Origin: an uncultured Bacilli bacterium
Lineage (GTDB): Bacteria; Bacillota_I; Bacilli_A; RF39; UBA660
Direction of reading: 5' to 3'
NCBI GenBank assembly: GCA_944359625.1
Contig: CALVSW010000001.1
Location: forward strand, 29,192 to 93,191
Length of the DNA stretch: 64,000 nucleotides
The notes beneath the pieces were generated by a model, which saw only the letters and a list, made by a program, of their open reading frames with translations, did not search any database and was not told the origin of the DNA. The position numbers were made by a program, and so were the translations under genes. Every line of letters begins with the position of its first letter. Position 1 is the stretch's first letter. This document shows positions 1-8,000 of this stretch, piece after piece.

Positions 1-2
1 AA

Positions 3-1310
3 CGTATTGCTCTAACTGAAGAAGATAACTTTTGGATAGCAGGTTCAAGTGGACCATGTGGTCCTGATACCGAAATCTTTTATTATCGCAATGATGGTGA
101 AGTTCCAGTTAATTTTGATACTAATGATGATAATTGGGTGGAGATATGGAATAATGTCTTTATGCAATATTTTAAGGACGATTTTGGTAAGATTACGGAG
201 CTTCCTAAAAAGAATGTTGATACAGGTATGGGGGTTGAAAGAGTAACTGCTATTTTAGAAGGTGTAAATGATAATTACCTTTCTAGTATTTGGAAAGATG
301 TTATTAAAGTTATCGAAGATGTATCTTTTCTACCATATGAAGGTAATGAAAAATCTATGCGTATAATAGCAGATCATATTCGTACTTCTATATTTATATC
401 GGCTGATTATGCTGGTATTAAACCTAGTAATACGGATCAAGGATATATTTTAAGAAGATTAATTAGAAGAGCTATTAGACATGCTAAAAAATTAAATATT
501 GATATAAATAGTGATTGGGAGCAATTAATTGCTAAAAAAATTATTGATAAATATAAAAAATATTATCATGAATTAGAAGATAATGAAAATACTGTCTTAG
601 AAGTTTTAAAAAATGAAAAAAATAAATTTAATAAAACTTTAGAAAAGGGTTTAAAAGAATTTTCGAAAATTGTAAGTAATAATAAAGAAATAGATGGATT
701 AACTGCTTTCCATTTATATGATACTTATGGTTTTCCAATTGAATTAACTGTAGAATTAGCTAAAGAACATGGCTTAAAAGTAGATGAAGAAGGATTCTTA
801 GAAAATTTTAAAAAACATCAAGAATTATCAAGAAATTCTTCTGGGGCTAAATTTAAAGGTGGTTTAGCTGGTAATAGTGAGATTGAAACTAGATATCATA
901 CAGCAACGCACTTACTTAATGCGGCTTTAAAAGAAGTAGTTAGTAAAGATATTCATCAAAGAGGATCAAATATTACTGTTGAACGTATGCGTTTTGATTT
1001 TAACTGTGATCACAAATTAACTGAGGAAGAAAAACAAAAAGTTGAAAATTTAGTTAATGAATGGATTGATGAGGGCTTAGAAGTTAAATGTATAGAAATG
1101 ACCAAAGAAGAAGCTTTAGCTAGTGGTGCTGAATGTATGTTTATTGATAAGTATCCAGATATTGTAACAGTTTATGAAATTGGTAATGTATCTAAAGAAT
1201 TATGTGGTGGTCCTCATGTTAAAAATACTAAAGAAATTGGTAAATTTAAAATAGTTAAAGAAGAAGCATCATCTGCAGGTGTAAGGAGAATAAAAGCGGT
1301 TATAGAATAG
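3..1310 (+). CDS. alaS: Alanine--tRNA ligase, 3' part (5' end upstream of window). The ORF stops right after the editing domain.
   Basis: Frame 3 is open from nt 3. It reads ...FWIAGSSGPCGPDTEIFYY (AlaRS catalytic-core motif), then HTATHLLNAAL and CGGPHV (HxxxH / CxxxH editing-site motifs), then GVRRIKAV just before the stop at 1310. Confidence 0.9.
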   Translation, partial: RIALTEEDNFWIAGSSGPCGPDTEIFYYRNDGEVPVNFDTNDDNWVEIWNNVFMQYFKDDFGKITELPKKNVDTGMGVERVTAILEGVNDNYLSSIWKDVIKVIEDVSFLPYEGNEKSMRIIADHIRTSIFISADYAGIKPSNTDQGYILRRLIRRAIRHAKKLNIDINSDWEQLIAKKIIDKYKKYYHELEDNENTVLEVLKNEKNKFNKTLEKGLKEFSKIVSNNKEIDGLTAFHLYDTYGFPIELTVELAKEHGLKVDEEGFLENFKKHQELSRNSSGAKFKGGLAGNSEIETRYHTATHLLNAALKEVVSKDIHQRGSNITVERMRFDFNCDHKLTEEEKQKVENLVNEWIDEGLEVKCIEMTKEEALASGAECMFIDKYPDIVTVYEIGNVSKELCGGPHVKNTKEIGKFKIVKEEASSAGVRRIKAVIE

Positions 1311-1320
1311 GAATGTTAAA

Positions 1321-1890
1321 ATGCAAGAGGTAAAAATTGAAGCTGCTAAAAAAAGAATAGAAGACAAATTAAAAAAGCGAAAAGAATTACTTATTAAACT
1401 AAAAAAATTAAATAAAATTAGAGAAAAAGAATCAGTATTAAAACATTTAGATTTATTAAGTGAAATAAATACTTTAAAAATTTTGTTAGGAGGTTTTTCA
1501 ACATCTGAAATTGTTCATCATGAGTTTAATACTAATAGTTTAGAAGATGATAATTGTCCTCATGATTTATGGTTTTATATTGGCTCTTTTTCTTCACCAG
1601 GTACATTAAATGGTCATTTTCAAAATGAAGTATATTTAAGTGATGAAGAACAAATAGGATTTACATTTAATAGATATATATGCATGGATTGTGGAATATA
1701 TTGTGATGTAAAAGATTGGAAAGATTTTGAAAATAAGCATCAAGTTTTAAAGTCTTATGATAATCCTGATTTTAATTTTTATCTTAATTTGTATCATCAA
1801 CTTTTATATACTACTAGTAATGAAGAAGCTATTAATATTTTAGAAAAACAACTTGATTTAAATGGTTTATATTTAGAAAGAAAAAGATAA
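1321..1890 (+). CDS. Hypothetical protein with a lysine-rich coiled-coil N-terminus and Cys/His-containing C-terminal part
   Basis: 189-aa ORF starting 10 nt after the alaS stop. N-terminus is KIEAAKKRIEDKLKKRKELLIKLKKLNKIREKE. Later CPH...CMDCGIYC. No family recognised. Confidence 0.55.
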   Translation: MQEVKIEAAKKRIEDKLKKRKELLIKLKKLNKIREKESVLKHLDLLSEINTLKILLGGFSTSEIVHHEFNTNSLEDDNCPHDLWFYIGSFSSPGTLNGHFQNEVYLSDEEQIGFTFNRYICMDCGIYCDVKDWKDFENKHQVLKSYDNPDFNFYLNLYHQLLYTTSNEEAINILEKQLDLNGLYLERKR

Positions 1891-1894
1891 ATTA

Positions 1895-2872
1895 ATGAAA
1901 TGGAAAATTGGTAATGTTGTTTTAAAAAATCAAGTAACTTTAGCACCGATGGCAGGAATAACTAGTCCTGCTTTTATGAAAATATGTGAAGAAATGGGTG
2001 TATCTTATGTTGTTAGTGAATTAATTAGTGCGGAAGCAGTAATTAGAGATAATGAAAAAACCTTTGGAATGTTAAATGGAATTGATAAATTATCTATTCC
2101 TTTTGGTATCCAATTATTTGGCTCTAATCCTACAAGTTTAGTAGAAGCAGCCAAAAAATTAGTAGAAAGATTTAAACCTGATATAATAGATATTAATATG
2201 GGTTGTCCAGTACCTAAGGTTGCTATTAAAAGTGAAGCTGGAAGCTCTTTATTAAAACATCCTGACTTAGTTTTTGAAATTGTTAAAAAGGTAAGTGAAG
2301 CAGTCGATATTCCTGTAACTGTTAAGATAAGAAGTGGTTGGGATGCAACCTCTATTAATGCTTGTGAAATTGCTAAAATATGTGAAAGTGCTGGGGCAAA
2401 GGCAATCTTTATTCATGGTAGAACTAGAGCTCAAGGATATTCTGGAAAAGCTGATTGGCAAATTATAAAGGAAGTTAAGAAAAGTGTTAATATACCCGTA
2501 ATAGGTAATGGTGATATAACTAGTTGTTATTTAGCTAAAAAAATGCTTGATGAAACCGGTTGTGATGCTATTATGATTGGTAGAGGAACTTTAGGAAATC
2601 CTTGGTTAATAAAAGAATGTGTTTCTTTTTTAGAAAGTAATAAAGTTTTACCAGCTCCTACTACCGAGGATAAACTAGCGATGATAAAAGAACATTATCG
2701 TTTGTTATTAGAAAATAAATCAGAAATACAAGCATCTTTAGAGATTAGAACATTTATTTTATATTATTTAAAAGGACTACCAAATTCGAAAGAAATAAAA
2801 AATAAAATATGTTCTACAAAAAGTAGTAAAGAAATATTTCAAATATTAGATGAATATCTAAAAGATAATTAA
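1895..2872 (+). CDS. dusB: tRNA-dihydrouridine synthase
   Basis: LAPMAGITSPAFMKICEEMG, DINMGCPVPKV and IHGRTRAQGYSGKADW are typical Dus family (FMN TIM-barrel) motifs. 325 aa. Confidence 0.9.
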   Translation: MKWKIGNVVLKNQVTLAPMAGITSPAFMKICEEMGVSYVVSELISAEAVIRDNEKTFGMLNGIDKLSIPFGIQLFGSNPTSLVEAAKKLVERFKPDIIDINMGCPVPKVAIKSEAGSSLLKHPDLVFEIVKKVSEAVDIPVTVKIRSGWDATSINACEIAKICESAGAKAIFIHGRTRAQGYSGKADWQIIKEVKKSVNIPVIGNGDITSCYLAKKMLDETGCDAIMIGRGTLGNPWLIKECVSFLESNKVLPAPTTEDKLAMIKEHYRLLLENKSEIQASLEIRTFILYYLKGLPNSKEIKNKICSTKSSKEIFQILDEYLKDN

Positions 2873-2893
2873 AGTACATATGTACTTTTTTTA
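2871..2893 (+). terminator. Rho-independent terminator after dus
   Basis: Palindrome aaagtaca-ta-tgtacttt followed by a T-run. Confidence 0.7.
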
Positions 2894-2976
2894 CGTGTTT
2901 TGACAGATATTATCGAATAAATATAGTAAAATACTAAGAAATCTGCTATAATTGTCCATAGAATGGAATAGTGGGT

Positions 2977-4743
2977 ATGAAGGAAATCAATGTCAGAAAA
3001 TATATATCTAGTTTTTTATGTTTAGCCATGATGACTAATTTCTTTTTTAGTGGTTTACCTATTGTATATGCAGTAGATTCTTATGTTGCTAAAGTAATTA
3101 ATGATACGGCTTTCAGAACGAGTCCAGATGATACTAAAAATCCTGATGGCTCTAATAATATTATTTCAGAAATCGATCAAAATACGTATATTACGATTAT
3201 CGATGGCAATAAAATAAGTTCAGATATATGTTCTGCTGGTTTTGTAAAAGCTTTAATTAATGGTACAGAAGGTTATGTTTGCTCTAATGATTTAACTAAT
3301 CCTACAGATGATGCCTATGATAGACCTTGGAATTCTCCTAAAAAAGCTATTACTGGCGGTGCAAAATGGATTGCATCTGGTTATATTTCTCGTGGGCAAT
3401 TTACTTCTTATTTAAAGAAATTTAATGTTAATCCTAATGCTAGTAGTGATATGTTTAACCATCAGTATATGGAAAATATTGCTGCTCCTTCTAGTGAAGC
3501 AGCAACAAGTTATAAAGCCTATTTAAATAATAATTTATTATCTTTACCATTAGTATTTAATATACCAGTATATGCTGATGATAATAAGGAATTTGATAAT
3601 ACTAAATATGATAGACCAACTGGAAATTTAGCTACAATTGACGTTTTAGATACAGTAGTAGATCAACAATTTGAAGACCAGTTAGATGCCCAAGGATTTC
3701 CTGAATCCTATAAAAGGATATTAAGAAGTTTACATCAAAAATATCCTAATTGGACATTTATTGCTATGCATACAGGTGTCGATTTTACCTATGCTGTAGA
3801 GCGTGAAAAAGTTGTAGGTGCTATTCAAGGAAATACAGCTTTTTATGAATATAGTAATGGCTCGCCAATATCTTCGGAACCGGGTTGGTATCGTCCTAAT
3901 TTTGCAACAACAGCATATTATATGGATCCAAGAAACTTTTTAACAGAAAAATATATATTACAATTTGAATCTTTAGAATATAGTGAAGTATATACAGAAG
4001 AAGTTGTCCAAACAATTTTAAATAATACGTTTATGAGTGATATGTCAATTATTGATAATCAATCATATAAAAGTATATTTGTCGAAGCTGGTAAGTTAAA
4101 TAATATATCTCCAGTTTACCTAGCTAGTTTAGCTAAACAAGAATCTGGTACTAATGGAAGTGGAGCTACTAATGGTTTAGAATTTACATATCAAGGTATT
4201 ACTTATTCTGGTTTATTTAATTTCTTCAACATTGGGGCTAATTCTAGTGCTGAAAACCCTTTACGTCAAGGTTTAGTTTATGCTTCTGGTGATTATTGTA
4301 GAATTTGTGGTAATTATACACCAGTTGAAATTCCTGGAACGGATATAACTGTCGTTCCAGCTGGTAACTCTATAAATAATTTAGGTTTACAACTTGTTGG
4401 TGGTTATTTACAAGGTTTTACTTTAGGAACTGATATTAATAATTTAGTAGCTTTAGATGTTCACGTATCTTATAATACTGAAGGCTTAATTAAAACTGGT
4501 ACAATACTAACATTCAGCGATGGTACTAAGTATGAAGCTGTTATTAAAGGCGATTTAACAGGAGATGGTGTAATTAATTCAGCTGATATCTTACGTTTAC
4601 GTCAACATTTATTAGGAAATAATATATTAAAAGGGTCATTTTTAGCTGCAAGTGATTTAACAGGAGATAATACAGTTAATTCAGCTGATATCTTAAAAAT
4701 AAGACAGTATTTGTTAGGACAAACTAATATTAGTCAATTATAG
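2977..4743 (+). CDS. Secreted peptidoglycan hydrolase (N-acetylglucosaminidase-family domain) with a C-terminal type-I dockerin
   Basis: N-terminal signal/anchor (FLCLAMMTNFFFSGLPIVYA). Glucosaminidase-like core (VYLASLAKQESGTNGSGATNG...GLFNFFNIGA). C-terminal duplicated Ca-binding dockerin segments DLTGDGVINSADILRLRQHLLG and DLTGDNTVNSADILKIRQYLLG (about nt 4549-4722). Start taken at ATG 2977; the ORF track starts at GTG 2971. Confidence 0.8.
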   Translation: MKEINVRKYISSFLCLAMMTNFFFSGLPIVYAVDSYVAKVINDTAFRTSPDDTKNPDGSNNIISEIDQNTYITIIDGNKISSDICSAGFVKALINGTEGYVCSNDLTNPTDDAYDRPWNSPKKAITGGAKWIASGYISRGQFTSYLKKFNVNPNASSDMFNHQYMENIAAPSSEAATSYKAYLNNNLLSLPLVFNIPVYADDNKEFDNTKYDRPTGNLATIDVLDTVVDQQFEDQLDAQGFPESYKRILRSLHQKYPNWTFIAMHTGVDFTYAVEREKVVGAIQGNTAFYEYSNGSPISSEPGWYRPNFATTAYYMDPRNFLTEKYILQFESLEYSEVYTEEVVQTILNNTFMSDMSIIDNQSYKSIFVEAGKLNNISPVYLASLAKQESGTNGSGATNGLEFTYQGITYSGLFNFFNIGANSSAENPLRQGLVYASGDYCRICGNYTPVEIPGTDITVVPAGNSINNLGLQLVGGYLQGFTLGTDINNLVALDVHVSYNTEGLIKTGTILTFSDGTKYEAVIKGDLTGDGVINSADILRLRQHLLGNNILKGSFLAASDLTGDNTVNSADILKIRQYLLGQTNISQL

Positions 4744-4754
4744 GGAGTGGTTTT

Positions 4755-6170
4755 ATGAAAAAAATTAAGTATATTTTAAGTGTTTTATTATTTAATTTAC
4801 TATTTATTCCAACAGTATTTGCAGCCCCTAGTTATACTTTTACTGTATCATCAAGTAGTATTACAAGTGATTCTAGAGTTACAGCTTCTGTTACTGTAAA
4901 AAGTACTGCATCTTGGAATATAAAAATAACATCAGCTGGGAATACTAATGGATGTTCTAATTCATGGGCCGATGCATCAAGTGATGGTAAGAATTTAACT
5001 AAAACTTTTAGTGTAACGTGTAAAGCTAGTTCAACTGGCTCTATATCATTTACTTTAAGTGGTGATATAACAGATGAAGATTTTAATAATAAAACTTTAA
5101 GTGGAACTAAAACAGTTAAAGTAACTAAACCAGTACCAGCATCTACTGTTAATGATTTAAAAAGCTTAACAGTTGATAATTATGAATTAATACCTGAATT
5201 TAATGAAGATACTTTAGAATATACTGTATCTGTTCCTCCAACGACAACTAAAGTAAATATAGGAGCTACTAAAAAAGATAGTAAGTCTAAAGTAGAAGGA
5301 ACGGGAGAATTTCCCGTTGAAGAAGGTGCTAATAATTTTAAAGTTACTGTTACCTCAGAATCAGGTGCCGTAAAAGAGTATTCTATAATAGTTAATGTCG
5401 AAGATACTAATCCTATTAAAGTTAATGTAGGTAATCAAGAATTAACAGTTTTAAAAACATCCCATAATTTAGAAATACCAACATTATATACAGAAACTAC
5501 TATTAATATTGATGGGTATGATGTACCAGCATTTGTAAATACGGCTACAAATATTACTTTAGTAGCATTAAAAGATTCTAAAGGGGATTCTAGTTTTTAT
5601 ATTTATAAAGATGGGAAATATTATAACTATACAGAAATAACAACTGATAATTTAGTAATTTATCCTACTAATAAAGAAATTAATTTAAAAAATTGGGTAA
5701 GTACGGATATCAGTATTAATAATTTACCAGTTAAAGCTTATAAATATGATTTACTTAATAATAATTATTATTTATTATATGGTATAAATTTATTAACTGG
5801 TCAGGAAAATCTTTATTTATATGATCAAGTTGAAAATAATATGCAAATATTTAATAGTGATTTATATAATTTAATGTTAGAAGATAATACCTTTTATTTA
5901 TATTTTATAATCGGGGCTTTTGCTGTTATTATCTTATGTTTAATTATTATTATTTCTTTAATTCATAGTAAGAAAAAAGTACGTAAGTCTATTAACTTAT
6001 TAGAACAAAAATTAGAGAAAAGAGAGAAAGAAATAAAAATGATTGCTGAATTAAAAGCAAATCATAAAAATAGAAAAAAGAATAAACGTAATAAGGAGTT
6101 AGCTAAAATAATTGATGAAGTAAAAAAAGAAGATGATACGGAAACTTATAATATCTTAGAAGATGATTAA
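4755..6170 (+). CDS. Cell-surface protein: signal peptide, Ig-like domain, cadherin-like beta-sandwich domain, C-terminal TM anchor and charged tail
   Basis: Signal peptide LLFIPTVFAAP. LKSLTVDNYELIPEFNEDTLEYTVSVP...FKVTVTSESGAVKEYSIIVNV resembles the 'cadherin-like beta sandwich' repeat common in clostridial surface proteins. TM helix FYLYFIIGAFAVIILCLIIIISLI, then a KKKVRK... tail. Confidence 0.7.
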   Translation: MKKIKYILSVLLFNLLFIPTVFAAPSYTFTVSSSSITSDSRVTASVTVKSTASWNIKITSAGNTNGCSNSWADASSDGKNLTKTFSVTCKASSTGSISFTLSGDITDEDFNNKTLSGTKTVKVTKPVPASTVNDLKSLTVDNYELIPEFNEDTLEYTVSVPPTTTKVNIGATKKDSKSKVEGTGEFPVEEGANNFKVTVTSESGAVKEYSIIVNVEDTNPIKVNVGNQELTVLKTSHNLEIPTLYTETTINIDGYDVPAFVNTATNITLVALKDSKGDSSFYIYKDGKYYNYTEITTDNLVIYPTNKEINLKNWVSTDISINNLPVKAYKYDLLNNNYYLLYGINLLTGQENLYLYDQVENNMQIFNSDLYNLMLEDNTFYLYFIIGAFAVIILCLIIIISLIHSKKKVRKSINLLEQKLEKREKEIKMIAELKANHKNRKKNKRNKELAKIIDEVKKEDDTETYNILEDD

Positions 6171-6201
6171 TTATAAGTTTATTAGTTAAAGGAAGATTTA
6201 T

Positions 6202-7347
6202 ATGAGTTACGTAATTAATAATCATAATATTTTTGCCATAGTGCTTATAACATTCTTAGCAACACTTGTTTTAACTCCGATAATGAAAAAGGTAGCTATT
6301 CATGTAAATGCCATGGATTATCCTGATTCTAAACGTAAAATACATAAAGTACCAATGCCCAGGTTAGGCGGTGTAGCAATATTTCTATCTTTTATGTTAG
6401 GATATATATTATTTGCTCCTGAAAATAGTATTATGATATCAATTTTAATGGGTAGCTTTTTACTTATTTTAGCTGGTGCAGTTGATTCAATTACACCATT
6501 AAAAGCTAGATATCAATTAATTATACATATTATTTCGGCTGCTATAGTAGTAGTTTATGGAAAATTAGTTTTAAATACTATATCGATATTTGGTTTAACT
6601 ATAAATTTTGTAGAACCATTAAATTATTTAGTAACAATACTATTTATTGTTTTATTTATAAATGTAATTAATTTAATTGATGGGTTAGATGGACTTGCTA
6701 CTGGTATTTCTTCAATATATTTTTTAACAATTGCTATTATAGCTTTTATGTTAAATCAATTAGGAGGGTTAGATGTTATTTTAGCACTAATTATGTTAGG
6801 ATCTACATTAGGTTTTTTAGTATATAATTTTCCACCAGCATCTTGTTTTTTAGGTAATTGTGGTAGTGATTTCTTAGGTTTTATAATTGGAGTAATCGGT
6901 TTATTAGGATTTAAAGGCGCAACATTAACAAGTATTGTAATTCCAATTTGTATTTTGGCTATACCTATTTTAGATACAGTTTTAGCTATTTTAAGAAGAT
7001 TAATTAGAGGAGAAGGAATTTTTACTCCGGATAAAGAACATTTTCATCATCAACTTTTAAAAATGAAATTTAGTCCTAAAACTTCTATATTAATTATTTA
7101 TTTTATTACGGCATTATTTAGTGCTGTATCTATCTTTTTTGCTTTAGGTGATAAAAAGCAAGCAATGATTATTTATGTTATTTTAATGCTTTTCTTAATA
7201 TTTATTGTTATGAAAACAGATATCTTATTTAAACATAAAAAAACAATATTAGAAGAAGAAAGAATTTTAAAAGAAGAAGTAGCTAGAGAACATATTATGA
7301 TGCAAAAACGTAAAAAAGAAAGAAGTAAAAAAAGAAAAAATAATTAA
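6202..7347 (+). CDS. Polyprenyl-phosphate N-acetylhexosamine-1-phosphate transferase (MraY/WecA/TagO family, GT4)
   Basis: Multi-pass membrane protein with NVINLIDGLDGLATG and FLGNCGSDFLGF motifs typical of the MraY/WecA family. Confidence 0.8.
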   Translation: MSYVINNHNIFAIVLITFLATLVLTPIMKKVAIHVNAMDYPDSKRKIHKVPMPRLGGVAIFLSFMLGYILFAPENSIMISILMGSFLLILAGAVDSITPLKARYQLIIHIISAAIVVVYGKLVLNTISIFGLTINFVEPLNYLVTILFIVLFINVINLIDGLDGLATGISSIYFLTIAIIAFMLNQLGGLDVILALIMLGSTLGFLVYNFPPASCFLGNCGSDFLGFIIGVIGLLGFKGATLTSIVIPICILAIPILDTVLAILRRLIRGEGIFTPDKEHFHHQLLKMKFSPKTSILIIYFITALFSAVSIFFALGDKKQAMIIYVILMLFLIFIVMKTDILFKHKKTILEEERILKEEVAREHIMMQKRKKERSKKRKNN

Positions 7348-7376
7348 TTGCAAAACATATGGGAATACATTATAAT
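7348..7376 (+). promoter_or_regulatory. SigA-type promoter of the Leu T-box leader
   Basis: TTGCAA (7348-7353), 17 nt spacer, TATAAT (7371-7376). Confidence 0.7.
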
Positions 7377-7382
7377 AAATTT

Positions 7383-7580
7383 TGTAAATGTTGATTGAAG
7401 AAGTAGTAATATTATTAATATTTTGTAGAGAGTTAGTGGTTGGTGAAAACTAATAATATTATAATATGAACTTATCATCAGGAGTTTAAATGGGTGATTC
7501 CTATATAGATTAATGAGAAAAAATAAAGGTGGTACCACGTTTTAAACTTCACGTCCTTTTGCGATATGGAGTTTTTTTGT
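7383..7580 (+). promoter_or_regulatory. T-box riboswitch leader, leucine specifier (CUU)
   Basis: AG-bulge AGAGAG (7426-7431) and distal-loop GGTTGGTGAAAAC. Specifier context GAA-CUU-A (CUU at 7471-7473). T-box sequence AAAGGTGGTACCACG (7525-7539). Terminator aaacttca/tggagttt plus T7 (7544-7578). Confidence 0.85.
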
Positions 7581-7598
7581 TAAAAAGGAGAAAATAAT

Positions 7599-8000
7599 AT
7601 GAAAGATGAATTAATTTTTAATTTAATATTTTTTATTATATTATTTATTTTTGTCTATATAATATGTTATTATTTCTTAGGTAGAATTAAACCTAAGAAG
7701 AAAGATGGTAAGAAAGGTAAGCCAACATTCAAACTGATGAGTGAGGGAAGATTTTTAATTCTAAGATATAATTTAGATGAAAAAAAGATTAATTTAAAGT
7801 CATTTAATCGTGGTATTTGTTTATGTAATGCTTTTATTATATCATTTACATCAACAGTTATATCTGTAATACCACTGAATATGTTTTTTCAACTTGCTAT
7901 AGGTTTTGTGCTTTTATTTGCACTTATATATGCAATATTTGAAATTTATGGAAGACATTTAAATAAGAAATGGGGAAAGTATAATGATAGAGAATTATAA
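7599..8000 (+). CDS. Small integral membrane protein (about 3 TM), first gene behind the Leu T-box
   Basis: Strong RBS aaaggag 8 nt upstream of the ATG. Hydrophobic segments IFNLIFFIILFIFVYIICYYFL and FFQLAIGFVLLFALIYAIF. The 3' end overlaps the leuS start by 17 nt. Confidence 0.6.
   Translation: MKDELIFNLIFFIILFIFVYIICYYFLGRIKPKKKDGKKGKPTFKLMSEGRFLILRYNLDEKKINLKSFNRGICLCNAFIISFTSTVISVIPLNMFFQLAIGFVLLFALIYAIFEIYGRHLNKKWGKYNDREL

Noticed and set aside
1321-1890. The 189-aa ORF as a split-off C-Ala domain of AlaRS
   Set aside because: Only the N-terminal coiled coil is reminiscent of the AlaRS linker. The remainder lacks the Gly-rich C-Ala signature and instead has Cys/His motifs. It is kept only as a low-interest hypothesis.
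2267-2461. Short antisense or alternative-frame ORFs inside dus. Similar cases: 49-246 (alaS), 8225-8455 (leuS), 16476-16673 and 18517-18702 (PFOR), 27197-27385 (helicase 2), 38139-38390 (der), 47663-47958 (deacetylase), 62033-62260 (HerA-like).
   Set aside because: All are embedded in ORFs with strong family motifs on the other frame or strand. They are likely chance ORFs in an AT-rich genome.
7344-7538. Minus-strand 64-aa ORF overlapping the Leu T-box. Similarly 39607-39807 overlaps the thrS leader and start, and 53705-53905 overlaps tRNA-Gly.
   Set aside because: These regions are better explained by structured RNA elements (T-box leaders, tRNA) with canonical conserved sequences.
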